NCBI GenBank assembly: GCA_963707115.1
Contig: CAVPOP010000001.1
Span: 180,145-244,144 of the forward strand
Length of the DNA stretch: 64,000 bases
Direction of reading: 5' to 3'
DNA from: an uncultured Gammaproteobacteria bacterium
GTDB lineage: Bacteria > Pseudomonadota > Gammaproteobacteria > Steroidobacterales > Steroidobacteraceae
Under the pieces are notes generated by a model. That model saw only the letters and a program-made list of their open reading frames with translations, made no database searches and was not told the DNA's origin. Shown here piece by piece: positions 18,182 through 27,516 of this stretch. The position numbers and the translations under genes were made by a program. How positions within the stretch are numbered: position 1 is the stretch's first letter; each line of letters opens with the position of its first letter.

Positions 18182-19384
18182 GTGACCGAATTGGATCCAT
18201 CCGCTGCAGGCCGCCTCATCGACGAACACCTCGTGTGCCTGCCGATCGAATCGTTGCCGGTGGCGCAATGCGCAGGGGCCGTGCTGCGCGAGAATGTCTA
18301 TGCCGAGCGCGACCAGCCGCCCTTCGATCGGGTCAGCATGGACGGCATCGCCATCGCCTCCGCGGCGGCGGCGGGCCAGCGCCGCTTCCGCGTCCAGGCC
18401 ACGCAAGCGGCGGGTGAAGCGCCCCTGACGCTGCGCGACGGCGAGCATTGCATCGAGATCATGACCGGTGCGGTGCTGCCGACGGGCTGCGATTGCGTCG
18501 TGCCGATAGAGCGGGTGAGGATGGACAGCGGCACCGCGGAGATCGATCAGGCGGCGCTCGCCATGCCCTGGAGGAATGTGCATCGGCGCGCAAGCGACCA
18601 GCGCCAGGGCGCGCTGTTGCTGCCCACGGGCACGGTACTGCACGCGCCCGAGATTGCCGTTGCGGCCTCGGCGGGCATGGCACGACTGCGGGTAAGCGGG
18701 CAGCCCTCGATTATTGTGATATCGACCGGCAGCGAGCTGGTCGAACCGGGCGAGCCGATCGCGCCGCATCAAATCCGCCGCTCCAACGCGTACGCGGTTG
18801 CCGCCGCATTGCGCGAGCACGGGTTCCAGCGCGTCGCCGAGGACCACATCGACGACGATGCCGGCGCGCTGCACGAGCGGCTGAGCCGGCACCTGCGTAC
18901 GCACGAAGTGCTGGTACTTTCCGGTGGCGTCTCGATGGGCAAGTTTGACCTGGTGCCGCAGACGCTCGAGGCGCTCGGCGTGCAGTGTGTCCTGCACGGT
19001 GTCGCCCAGCGGCCCGGACGGCCCATGTGGTTCGGCACCACCCCCGAGGGCCGGGCCGTCTTTGCGCTGCCCGGCAACCCGGTATCAACGCTGGTGTGCC
19101 TCTCTCGCTATGTATTGCCGGCGCTGTATGCAGCCATGGGCGTGCGTGCGGCGGGCTTCGAACGCATCGCGCTGGCCGCGGCGCTGGAGTGGGCGCCGCC
19201 GCTGACCGGGTTTATGCCCGTGAGGGTGACGCACGATGACTGGGGACGGCCCTGGGCGACGCCCTGCCCGACCAACGGCTCCGGCGATTTTACCGGCCTT
19301 GCGCTCACCGACGGTTTTGTCGAGCTGCCTCCCGGGCCGACCAGCCTGGCGAAGGGTTTCCTCACCCGGCTGTATCGCTGGTAG
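18182..19384 (+). CDS. moeA: Molybdopterin molybdenumtransferase MoeA
   Basis: GTG at 18182 is preceded by GAAGG. PPFDRVSMDGIA, IMTGAVLP, GGVSMGKFD and LPGNPVS motifs are present. The longer track ORF would run through tRNA genes. Confidence 0.85.
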   Translation: MTELDPSAAGRLIDEHLVCLPIESLPVAQCAGAVLRENVYAERDQPPFDRVSMDGIAIASAAAAGQRRFRVQATQAAGEAPLTLRDGEHCIEIMTGAVLPTGCDCVVPIERVRMDSGTAEIDQAALAMPWRNVHRRASDQRQGALLLPTGTVLHAPEIAVAASAGMARLRVSGQPSIIVISTGSELVEPGEPIAPHQIRRSNAYAVAAALREHGFQRVAEDHIDDDAGALHERLSRHLRTHEVLVLSGGVSMGKFDLVPQTLEALGVQCVLHGVAQRPGRPMWFGTTPEGRAVFALPGNPVSTLVCLSRYVLPALYAAMGVRAAGFERIALAAALEWAPPLTGFMPVRVTHDDWGRPWATPCPTNGSGDFTGLALTDGFVELPPGPTSLAKGFLTRLYRW

Positions 19385-19393
19385 CTTATCGAC

Positions 19394-20446
19394 ATGCCGT
19401 CCACGCATTCCGCCGCTCTGGCCAAACTCCAGCCCCGCCGGCCGCGCGACACGCTCGGCCGCCCGCTGCGTGATCTGCGCATCTCGGTGACCGATCGCTG
19501 CAACTTCCGCTGTCCGTACTGCATGCCACGCGAGCGCTACCACGAGCACTACCGATTCCTCAAGTCAACTCAGCGCCTGAGTTTCGAGGAAATTGTGCGG
19601 CTGGCCCGGCTGTTCCTGCAGCTCGGGGTTCGCAAGCTGCGCATTACCGGTGGCGAACCACTGCTGCGCGCCGGACTGGCCGACCTCATCGGCGATCTGA
19701 CGTCCCTGTCCGGTGTGGAAGACGTGGCACTGACCACCAATGGAGTATTGCTGGCGCAGCACGCCGCCGAACTGCGCGCCGCAGGCCTGCACCGCGTCAC
19801 CGTCAGCCTCGACAGCCTCGACCCGGCGGTGTTCGCGCGCATGGCCGGGGACCTGGGAAGCCCGGATGACGTGCTTGCCGGCATCCGAGCCGCACAGCGG
19901 GCCGGACTGACGCCGGTCAAGGTCAATGCCGTGGTGCAGCGCGGCATTAACGACCAAACGGTGCTGCCGCTCCTGGAGCATTTCCGGGGCACGGGCGTCA
20001 CGGTGCGCCTGATTGAGTACATGGACGTCGGCAATCGCAATGAGTGGCGGCGCGAGCAGGTGGTGCCCTCGAAGGAACTGCTGCAGCTGGTGAGCGAACG
20101 CTGGCCCCTGAAACCCTTGCAGCGAGATTTTGTCGGCGAGGTTGCCGAGCGCCACGCGTACGCCGACGGCCAGGGAGAGGTGGGGTTTATCTCCTCAGTG
20201 ACGCAGCCGTTTTGCGGCGACTGCTCCCGCGCACGCCTGTCCTCCGATGGCGTGCTGTACACCTGCCTGTTTGCGACCCAGGGGCTGGATCTGCGGGCAC
20301 CGCTTCGTGCCGGCGCTAGCGACGATGAGTTGCTGGAGGCGATTCGCAGTTGTTGGCTGCAGCGCGCCGATCGTTACAGCGAATTGCGCGGTCGCGTGGA
20401 TTTGCACGGTGCCGCGCGCGTTGAAATGAACCACGTCGGCGGCTAG
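19394..20446 (+). CDS. moaA: GTP 3',8-cyclase MoaA (radical SAM)
   Basis: LRISVTDRCNFRCPYCMP radical-SAM cluster motif, GGEPLLR, and the C-terminal CGDCSRARLSSDG cluster motif with a GG tail. Confidence 0.9.
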   Translation: MPSTHSAALAKLQPRRPRDTLGRPLRDLRISVTDRCNFRCPYCMPRERYHEHYRFLKSTQRLSFEEIVRLARLFLQLGVRKLRITGGEPLLRAGLADLIGDLTSLSGVEDVALTTNGVLLAQHAAELRAAGLHRVTVSLDSLDPAVFARMAGDLGSPDDVLAGIRAAQRAGLTPVKVNAVVQRGINDQTVLPLLEHFRGTGVTVRLIEYMDVGNRNEWRREQVVPSKELLQLVSERWPLKPLQRDFVGEVAERHAYADGQGEVGFISSVTQPFCGDCSRARLSSDGVLYTCLFATQGLDLRAPLRAGASDDELLEAIRSCWLQRADRYSELRGRVDLHGAARVEMNHVGG

Positions 20447-20462
20447 GGCAATTCGAGCACCC

Positions 20463-20960
20463 ATGCCAAAGCGAAGTCCTAAACCCAGACTCAGCCATCT
20501 CGACGCGGCGCGCCGCCCCACCATGGTGGGGGTCGGCGCCAAGGCGGTTACGCACCGCATCGCCGAGGCGGAGGCACGCCTGGCGCTCCCGGCCGCGGTG
20601 GCACGCGCGCTGCGCGCCAGCGGGCACCGCAGCGCCAAGGGCCCGGTGTTCGACACCGCGATCATCGCCGGGGTGCAGGCGGTCAAGCGCACCGCCGAGA
20701 TCATCCCCTTCTGCCACCCATTGCCGATCGAGGACTGCAGCATCGCGATTGCGCGCCTGGCCGGCAATCAGTTGCGGGTTCGGTGTCGGGTCGAGACCCA
20801 TCACAAGACCGGCGTCGAGATGGAAGCGCTCACCGGCGCCACGGTGGCCGCGCTCACCATCTACGACATGTGCAAGGCACTCTCGCACCAGATTCGCATC
20901 GTGGACGTGCGGCTCATACATAAGTCCGGCGGTCGCCGCGCCGTGGGACGGTCGCGATGA
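20463..20960 (+). CDS. moaC: Cyclic pyranopterin monophosphate synthase MoaC
   Basis: MVGVGAK..., KGPVFDTAIIAGVQAVKRT..IPFCHPL and GVEMEALTGATVAALTIYDMCKA motifs. Confidence 0.9.
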   Translation: MPKRSPKPRLSHLDAARRPTMVGVGAKAVTHRIAEAEARLALPAAVARALRASGHRSAKGPVFDTAIIAGVQAVKRTAEIIPFCHPLPIEDCSIAIARLAGNQLRVRCRVETHHKTGVEMEALTGATVAALTIYDMCKALSHQIRIVDVRLIHKSGGRRAVGRSR

Positions 20961-21805
20961 GCGCCGCCCTGTATGGCCTGCTGCTGACCGGGGGTCGCAG
21001 CCGGCGCATGCAATCCGACAAGGCGACCCTCGAGTACGCCGGACAACCGCAACTGACGCGCGCGCTGGCGCTGCTTGAACCGCTGGTGGCGCACACCTTC
21101 CTCTCGGTGCGCTCCGATCAACTACACGATCCGCAGCGTAACCGGCATCCGTGCATCGTCGATGAGCTGGCGGATGCGGGTCCGATCGGCGGGATCCTGG
21201 CGGCCCTGCGCGCCCATCCGCAGGTCGCGTGGCTGGTAATGGCGTGTGACCTGCCGTTTCTCGACGCGGCGACGCTGCAGCAACTGATCGCGGCGCGCGA
21301 TCCGCTCCGCCTGGCGACCGCGTTTCGCAGCAGCCACGACAGCAAGCCGGAACCGCTGTGTGCGATCTACGAGCCTGCCAGTCTGCCGGCCATGGAAGCC
21401 TGGGTCGCCTCAGGCCAGCATTGTCCGCGTGGGTTCCTGGCGCAGGCGCAGGTCGCGCTGTTGACGTTGCGCACTCCGCGCGCGCTGGACAATATCAATA
21501 CCGCGGACGAATACCGCGCGGCACATGAAGTGCTGGGGGGCGGCAGCCCGGAGCGCGGTGCGGCACGTGAGCTCCAGGTGCAGTATTTCGCGCTGTTGCG
21601 CGAACAGGCTGGCCGCAGCGGCGAGAAAGTGAGCACCCGCGCGCGCGATGCACGCGAACTCTACGAGGAACTGCGGCTGGCCCGCGGGCTCAAGCTGAGA
21701 CCGGAGCAGCTGCGGGTGGCCATCAACGAGGAGTTCGCTGACTGGTCGAAAACGCTGACCGAGGGCGATAGCGTGGTGTTTCTGCCACCGGTGGCGGGCG
21801 GATGA
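20957..21805 (+). CDS. MobA-like molybdenum cofactor guanylyltransferase fused to MoaD (sulfur-carrier subunit)
   Basis: N-terminal LLLTGGRSRRMQSDKA...GPIGGILAAL...ACDLPF is MobA-like. After a GGGSPERG linker, about 80 aa (LQVQYFALLREQAG...GDSVVFLPPVAGG) form a MoaD-type beta-grasp ending in Gly-Gly. The stop overlaps the moaE start. Confidence 0.7.
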   Translation: MSAALYGLLLTGGRSRRMQSDKATLEYAGQPQLTRALALLEPLVAHTFLSVRSDQLHDPQRNRHPCIVDELADAGPIGGILAALRAHPQVAWLVMACDLPFLDAATLQQLIAARDPLRLATAFRSSHDSKPEPLCAIYEPASLPAMEAWVASGQHCPRGFLAQAQVALLTLRTPRALDNINTADEYRAAHEVLGGGSPERGAARELQVQYFALLREQAGRSGEKVSTRARDARELYEELRLARGLKLRPEQLRVAINEEFADWSKTLTEGDSVVFLPPVAGG

Positions 21806-22293
21806 GCGCATTTCGCTTCAGCAGCTGTGCTTTCGACCTGCCGGCCCTGCGCGGCGAGCTTGCCGATCCCAGCTGCGGCGGGTACGCGGCCTTCGAGGGC
21901 TGGGTGCGCGATCACAACGAAGGCCAGCAGGTCACGCGACTAGAATACGAGGCGTTTGTGCCTCTGGCGGTGCGTGAGGGCGAACGCGTCGTCGCTGAGG
22001 CGCGCGAGCGCTTCGGGATCCGGAACGCATTATGCGTGCACCGGCTCGGCACGCTGGAGCTCGGCGAGGTTGCGGTGTGGGTGGGCGCGGCAGCGGCGCA
22101 TCGGGACGAGGCATTTCGGGCCTGCCGCTACATCATCGATGAAGTGAAGCACCGGCTGCCGATCTGGAAGAAGGAGCACTATGTAGGCGGCGATTCTGGC
22201 TGGGTAAACTGCGAGCGGTGCGCAGCCCCCGCCCCGACCTCTGCCCTCCTCTCGGGTCACGAGCCGCGGGCACACGAGCACACTAGCGATTGA
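21802..22293 (+). CDS. moaE: Molybdopterin synthase catalytic subunit MoaE
   Basis: GAFEGWVRDHNEG..V..LEYEAF and HRLGTLELGEVAVWVGAAAAHRDEAF..C.YIIDEVKHRLPIWKKE motifs. Confidence 0.85.
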   Translation: MSAFRFSSCAFDLPALRGELADPSCGGYAAFEGWVRDHNEGQQVTRLEYEAFVPLAVREGERVVAEARERFGIRNALCVHRLGTLELGEVAVWVGAAAAHRDEAFRACRYIIDEVKHRLPIWKKEHYVGGDSGWVNCERCAAPAPTSALLSGHEPRAHEHTSD

Positions 22294-22557
22294 CCGGCAT
22301 TCCTGCCTGGCGCCGGGCGCCGCGTACGGCCACCGCCACGGCGTCGCCGGCACCGTGCGCCATGACCGTCATCGCCACCGACCCAGCTCGGGGTACCTGT
22401 CAGCCCCAGGGCGTGGAGCGCGCCGTTGGGCCGCCTGCCGACGCGCTCAGAGCCCGGGCTGCAGGCCGACCGACGACATTGCCTTGAGCGGCGCGCACCC
22501 CCTAATATCGGGTCTGGAGCTGCGCGCCGCGCGGCACTCGGGACGAGGATCAGACCA

Positions 22558-22890
22558 GTGGCCAGAGAATACGAGCCCGTGGTGGGCCAGTGGTACGAGA
22601 ACATCGACGAGAACGACAGCTTTCGAGTGCTGTCGGTGGACGAAGACGCCGAACTCATCAAGATTGAGTACCTGGACGGTGACATCGAGGAAATTGATGC
22701 CGACGTCTGGGCGGAGTTTGATCTCGACAAGATAGAACAGCCGGAAGGCTGGTCAGGCGAGGACATCGGCGCGGCCGATGATGAGGATGACGACGACGAT
22801 GACGACGATGACTGGGACGATGATGATGACGACGACGACGATGACGACGACGACGACGACATTGACGAGGAAACGGACGAGAATTATTGA
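22558..22890 (+). CDS. Small acidic protein (DUF6763-like) with poly-Asp C-terminal tail
   Basis: GTG at 22558 gives VAREYEPVVGQWYENIDENDSFRVLSVDEDAELIKIEYLDGDIEEID.... The C-terminus is DDEDDDDDDDDDWDDDDDDDDDDDDDDDIDEETDENY. The upstream part of the track ORF is Arg/Ala-rich and looks non-coding. Confidence 0.55.
   Translation: MAREYEPVVGQWYENIDENDSFRVLSVDEDAELIKIEYLDGDIEEIDADVWAEFDLDKIEQPEGWSGEDIGAADDEDDDDDDDDDWDDDDDDDDDDDDDDDIDEETDENY
22777..22860 (+). repeat. (GAY)n trinucleotide low-complexity tract encoding poly-Asp
   Basis: About 28 consecutive GAT/GAC/GAG codons interrupted by a single TGG. The antisense frame gives the spurious poly-Ser ORF 22257..22862. Confidence 0.9.
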
Positions 22891-23085
22891 GTCTGCCGGA
22901 CGGATGCGAGGTACCGCGCGCGCGGCGCGACGCCCGCGCAGAGGTGAGGTCAGGCGCTCGGCTGCCGCACCATCGAACTGACCCAAGTCGCTGTAAAGCG
23001 CAGGCCCGCGAGCCTACACTGGCCATGGACGATCACTTGGCGGCCTCGGTAGGCGCGCTCCGCAGATGTTTGGTAGCCTGAACCC

Positions 23086-24114
23086 ATGAGCAACCCCTAC
23101 GACAGCTGGTATCACGAACGCGAATCGGCCTGGCTGTATCGCGTCGTTGCCGAGGCCGACACCGATCCCCGCCATCGTCAACTGTTCCGGGCGCTGGCGG
23201 ATGCCGCCGAAGAACAGGCCACTCATTGGTCCAAGAGCTGCAATCCCGGCGAATTCAGGGTCCAGTTCCGCGCCCGGCTGGTGGCCTGGCTGGTACGCCG
23301 TCTCGGCCCGAATGCGCTGAGGCCCGTGCTCGCCGCCATGAAGCTGCGGGGCCTCTCCGTTTACGGGTCGGCGCCATCGACCGACGGTCATCTGATGCCG
23401 GTGACGGTGCGCGACGTCGGTCAGCGGCATCGCAGCGTGACCGGCGGCAACAACCTGCGCGCGGGCGTGTTTGGTGTAAACGACGGCCTGGTATCGAATC
23501 TCAGCCTGGTACTCGGTGTGGCCGGCGCGGGCGCCAGCGGCCAGATTATTCTGACCACGGGACTGGCAGGGCTGCTGGCCGGCTCGCTGTCGATGGCGTC
23601 GGGGGAATACGTCTCGGTGCGCTCTCAGCGTGAGATGTATGAATATCAGATCGGCCTGGAGCGCGACGAGTTGGCGGAGTATCCGGCCGAGGAAGCCGAG
23701 GAGCTGGCCTTGATCTACCAGGCGCGCGGCGTGGATCTCGAGCAGGCGCGCATCATCGCCACCCGCCTGATGTCCAATCCCGAGCACGCGCTCAACACCC
23801 TGGCGCGCGAGGAGCTGGGGCTCAACCCGGACGAACTGGCCTCTCCCTGGGCGGCGGCCGCGTTTTCCTTTTGCGCCTTTGGCATGGGCGCGGTGGTGCC
23901 GCTGATACCCTTCCTACTGCACTTGACATCCCGGCCGGCGCAGCTCTGGTCGATCGGCGTGACCCTGCTGGCGCTGTTCGGTATCGGCATGGCGCTCAGC
24001 CTATTCAACGGGCGCAGTGCGATGCTGGGCGGCTTGCGCATGCTGGTAATCGGCGCTGCCGCCGCCGGCTGCACCTGGGCCGTCGGCCACGCCCTGGGAA
24101 CGACGCTTGGCTGA
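23086..24114 (+). CDS. VIT1/CCC1-family iron/manganese transporter with N-terminal ferritin/erythrin-like domain (MbfA-like)
   Basis: N-terminal helical E-rich domain (WYHERESAWLY...AAEEQATHW). The C-terminal part carries GVNDGLVSNLSLVLGVAGAG, SMASGEYVSV and TM segments typical of VIT1. Confidence 0.75.
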   Translation: MSNPYDSWYHERESAWLYRVVAEADTDPRHRQLFRALADAAEEQATHWSKSCNPGEFRVQFRARLVAWLVRRLGPNALRPVLAAMKLRGLSVYGSAPSTDGHLMPVTVRDVGQRHRSVTGGNNLRAGVFGVNDGLVSNLSLVLGVAGAGASGQIILTTGLAGLLAGSLSMASGEYVSVRSQREMYEYQIGLERDELAEYPAEEAEELALIYQARGVDLEQARIIATRLMSNPEHALNTLAREELGLNPDELASPWAAAAFSFCAFGMGAVVPLIPFLLHLTSRPAQLWSIGVTLLALFGIGMALSLFNGRSAMLGGLRMLVIGAAAAGCTWAVGHALGTTLG

Positions 24115-24211
24115 GGCCGTTAGCGGTCGCCACGCCTTGAACTCTGCCGGTCCGGTATCATCTTAGGGTAAGCGCGGCCCGCCAACCGGCGCCGCCAGAG
24201 GGTCGAATAGC

Positions 24212-25090
24212 ATGAAGCGCATACTCCTGTTCCTGGCCACCAACCTGGCCGTGGTGGCCGTACTGTCGGTCGTTGCCCGGGTGACGGGCCTGGACCGCTG
24301 GCTCGCGGCCAATGGCAGTAGCTATCAGGCCCTGCTGGTGATGGCCGCGCTATTCGGCTTCGGCGGTGCGCTGATTTCGTTGGCAATTTCCAAGTGGACC
24401 GCGAAGCGGGCCATGGGCGTTCGGGTCATTGAACACCCCGCCAACACCGACGAGGAGTGGCTGGTCAACACAGTGCGCGCGCTGGCCGCCCAGGCGCGCG
24501 TCGGCATGCCGGAAGTCGGGGTATTTGACTCGCCGCAGCCCAATGCCTTCGCCACCGGAGCGCGCCGCGATGCAGCACTGGTCGCCGTGAGCACGGGGCT
24601 GCTGCGCAGCATGAACCGCAGCGAAGTCGAGGCCGTGCTGGGTCACGAATTAACGCACGTCGCCAACGGGGATATGGTGACGCTCACGCTGATACAGGGC
24701 GTGGTCAATACCTTCGTAATCTTCCTGTCGCGGATCGTCGGCAGCATCGTCGATCGCTCGCTCTCGCGCGATGGCGAAGGGCGCGGCGGCATCGGCTACT
24801 TCGTCACCGTCATGGTCACGCAGATGGTTCTGGGCATCCTCGCGAGCATGATCGTGATGTGGTTCTCGCGTCGACGCGAGTTCCGCGCCGATGCCGGGGG
24901 CGCGCACCTGGCGGGCCGCAACAGCATGATCGCCGCCCTCGAGCGCCTAAAGGCCGCGCACGAGCCGAGCCTGCCCGCCCAGCTGACCGCCTTCGGAATT
25001 GGCGGCGGCCCCGGCACGGGGCTGCAGAGGCTGTTCATGAGCCATCCGCCTCTTGAGGAACGCATCGCAGCTCTGCGATCTGAGGTGTAG
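24212..25090 (+). CDS. htpX: Membrane zinc metalloprotease HtpX (M48)
   Basis: [16 protein letters not shown]-terminus, [10 protein letters not shown] zinc motif, and C-terminal [13 protein letters not shown]. Confidence 0.9.
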   Translation: MKRILLFLATNLAVVAVLSVVARVTGLDRWLAANGSSYQALLVMAALFGFGGALISLAISKWTAKRAMGVRVIEHPANTDEEWLVNTVRALAAQARVGMPEVGVFDSPQPNAFATGARRDAALVAVSTGLLRSMNRSEVEAVLGHELTHVANGDMVTLTLIQGVVNTFVIFLSRIVGSIVDRSLSRDGEGRGGIGYFVTVMVTQMVLGILASMIVMWFSRRREFRADAGGAHLAGRNSMIAALERLKAAHEPSLPAQLTAFGIGGGPGTGLQRLFMSHPPLEERIAALRSEV

Positions 25091-25207
25091 ATTTCGCGAG
25101 CTAAGCCCTTGAATCGATAATGATCGATTGCAAGGCCCGGACTGCTTCGGTAGAGTCCCTGCCCACTTGACATTAAGCGGGCTGCACTGGCGGCCTACAG
25201 GAAATTC

Positions 25208-26188
25208 ATGACCCTCCCCGCCGAATACCGCTCCTTCCGGCTCACCACGCGCATCTGGAATGCCGTCGCCGGTGTTTACGACAGCAGCCGACACAATCTC
25301 CAGCTGGCGCGGGCGCAATTTCCGGATCGGATCGACTGGGCGCGCAGCGTACCCTTCCTGCTGATGCACCTGGCCTGCCTGACCGCCTTCTGGACCGGAG
25401 TGAGCCCGGTGGCCATTGCCGTGGCAGTCGTCGCCTATCTCGTGCGCATGTTCGCCATTACCGGTTTTTATCACCGCTACTTTTCCCACCGTACCTTCAA
25501 GACCTCCCGGGTCGGCCAATTCATCTTCGGATTGCTGGGCGCCTCGGCCGTCCAGCGCGGACCGGTTTGGTGGGCCGCACACCACCGCCATCACCATGCC
25601 AATTCCGACCGCGCGGCCGATGTGCACTCGCCTTCGCAGCACGGATTCTGGCGCTCGCACATGGGCTGGTTTCTGACCATCAAGGGGTTTGCGCCCGACT
25701 TTCAGCTGGTGCGCGACCTGATGAGATTCCCGGAACTGCGCTGGCTGGATCGCTTTGACATCTTTGTGCCGGTGCTGCTGGGCGTCGGCATGTTCCTGCT
25801 GGGCGTGATCCTGCACAACGTCGCGCCCCAGCTTGGCACCACCGGATGGCAGATGCTGGTGTGGGGCTTCGTGATTTCGACCGTGTTCTGCTGGCATGCC
25901 ACCTACACGATCAACTCACTGTCGCATGTGTTCGGCCGGCAGCGGTACCGCACGGGCGACACCAGCCGCAACAACTGGCTGCTCGCCATCCTGACGCTCG
26001 GCGAGGGCTGGCACAACAACCACCACTACTATCCGAACACCGTGCGCCAGGGCTTCTACTGGTGGGAGTACGACGTTACGTACTACCTCCTGAAGATCCT
26101 GAGCTGGTGCGGGGTGATCTGGGATCTTAAGCCGATACCGGTGGCGGTCCGCGAAAACCCGGCCCGTCGGCTGCGCGCCCGGGGATAA
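25208..26188 (+). CDS. Acyl-CoA/acyl-lipid (delta-9-type) fatty acid desaturase
   Basis: Three His boxes are present: HRYFSHRTF, HHRHHHANSD and HNNHHYYP. Confidence 0.85.
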   Translation: MTLPAEYRSFRLTTRIWNAVAGVYDSSRHNLQLARAQFPDRIDWARSVPFLLMHLACLTAFWTGVSPVAIAVAVVAYLVRMFAITGFYHRYFSHRTFKTSRVGQFIFGLLGASAVQRGPVWWAAHHRHHHANSDRAADVHSPSQHGFWRSHMGWFLTIKGFAPDFQLVRDLMRFPELRWLDRFDIFVPVLLGVGMFLLGVILHNVAPQLGTTGWQMLVWGFVISTVFCWHATYTINSLSHVFGRQRYRTGDTSRNNWLLAILTLGEGWHNNHHYYPNTVRQGFYWWEYDVTYYLLKILSWCGVIWDLKPIPVAVRENPARRLRARG

Positions 26189-26199
26189 ATCCCGGCGAA

Positions 26200-27510
26200 T
26201 TGTCGGCGCACGGCCTTTGGGGGGATACTGGCGCCGTGAAGCCAAGCATTATTCCTGTCGACCTTGGGTCGTCCGCGGTGACTACCGCAGGGCCGCTCGA
26301 GTCGCTTGGCCGGCGGCTGCTGCACGCCCAGTTGCGCCGCTTACGCGACGGTGAGATTCGCTTGCTGGACGGCGAATCCGAGCAGCGCTTCGGCGCGCGC
26401 ACCGAACGCTGTCAGCTCTCGGTAACCCTTGAAGTACTGCATCCGCGCTTTTACGCCGAGGCGGTGTTCGGCGGCACCGTGGGCGCCGGAGCGGCGTACA
26501 TCCGCGGACTGTGGCGCTGCAGTGACCTGACCGGTCTGACCCGCCTCATGTACATCAACCGGACGGTGCTGGACCAGCTGGACAGTCGCTGGAACTTTCT
26601 GAGCCGCCCGCTGCTGCGGGTGTTTCACTGGCTGCACCGTAACAGCAAAGTCGGCAGCGAGCGCAACATCAGCGCCCACTACGACCTGGGCAACGATTTC
26701 TACCGCTTGATGCTCGATGAGACCATGGCCTATTCCTGTGGCATCTTTAGCGACGAGACGACCAGTCTCGCGGCGGCTTCGCGCGCCAAGTTCGAGACCG
26801 TGTGCCGCAAGCTCGCCTTGCAGCCGGCCGACCATCTGCTCGAGATCGGCACGGGCTGGGGAGGCCTGGCAATCCACGCCGCGGAACATTACGGCTGCCG
26901 GGTCACTACCACGACCATTTCACGCGAGCAGCACAGCTATGCGTGCGCGCTGGTTGCACAGCGCGGCCTCGGCGATCGCGTCACCGTGCTGCTGGAGGAC
27001 TACCGCAGCCTCAAGGGCCAGTATGACAAGCTGGTCTCCGTGGAGATGATCGAGGCGGTGGGCGCGCCGTACCTGGACACCTACCTGGCCAAATGTGCGG
27101 CGCTGCTGCGCGAAGGCGGCGCCATGCTGCTACAGGCCATCACCATCCAGGACCAGTACTACCGTGCGCAGTTGCGCACCGTCAATTTCATCCAGCGCTA
27201 TGTATTCCCGGGCAGCTTCATTCCGTCGGTCGGCGCGATTGCCGAATCGCTCTGCCGCGTCACCGACATGAAGATCTTTCACCTGCAGGACATCGGGCCC
27301 CACTATGCGCGCACGCTCGCCACCTGGCGCAAGAATTTCTTCGAGCACCTCACGGCCGTGCGCAAGCTTGGATTCAGCGATCAGTTCATCCGCTTGTGGG
27401 AATTCTACCTGTGCAGTTGCGAGGGAGGTTTCGCCGAGCGGGCCCTGGGCGATGTGCAGCTGTTACTGACCAAACCCGGCTGCAGGCGCGACGCCATCGC
27501 GACCTGTTGA
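26200..27510 (+). CDS. Cyclopropane-fatty-acyl-phospholipid synthase family methyltransferase
   Basis: NISAHYDLGNDFYRLMLD, the LLEIGTGWGGLA SAM motif, and a WEFYLCSCEGGF C-terminal signature. Confidence 0.85.
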   Translation: MSAHGLWGDTGAVKPSIIPVDLGSSAVTTAGPLESLGRRLLHAQLRRLRDGEIRLLDGESEQRFGARTERCQLSVTLEVLHPRFYAEAVFGGTVGAGAAYIRGLWRCSDLTGLTRLMYINRTVLDQLDSRWNFLSRPLLRVFHWLHRNSKVGSERNISAHYDLGNDFYRLMLDETMAYSCGIFSDETTSLAAASRAKFETVCRKLALQPADHLLEIGTGWGGLAIHAAEHYGCRVTTTTISREQHSYACALVAQRGLGDRVTVLLEDYRSLKGQYDKLVSVEMIEAVGAPYLDTYLAKCAALLREGGAMLLQAITIQDQYYRAQLRTVNFIQRYVFPGSFIPSVGAIAESLCRVTDMKIFHLQDIGPHYARTLATWRKNFFEHLTAVRKLGFSDQFIRLWEFYLCSCEGGFAERALGDVQLLLTKPGCRRDAIATC

Positions 27511-27516
27511 TTCGCG

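Noticed and set aside
22257-22862. 201-aa minus-strand ORF starting with a long poly-Ser run
   Set aside because: It is the reverse complement of the (GAY)n poly-Asp tract. The rest is Arg/Ala-rich noise, and the plus-strand acidic protein has a conserved-looking N-terminal domain.
25112-25129. AATCGAT-AATG-ATCGATT inverted repeat upstream of the desaturase gene, considered as an operator
   Set aside because: It is short (7 bp arms built from the self-palindromic ATCGAT), there is no regulator nearby, and I cannot define a promoter. It could easily be chance.
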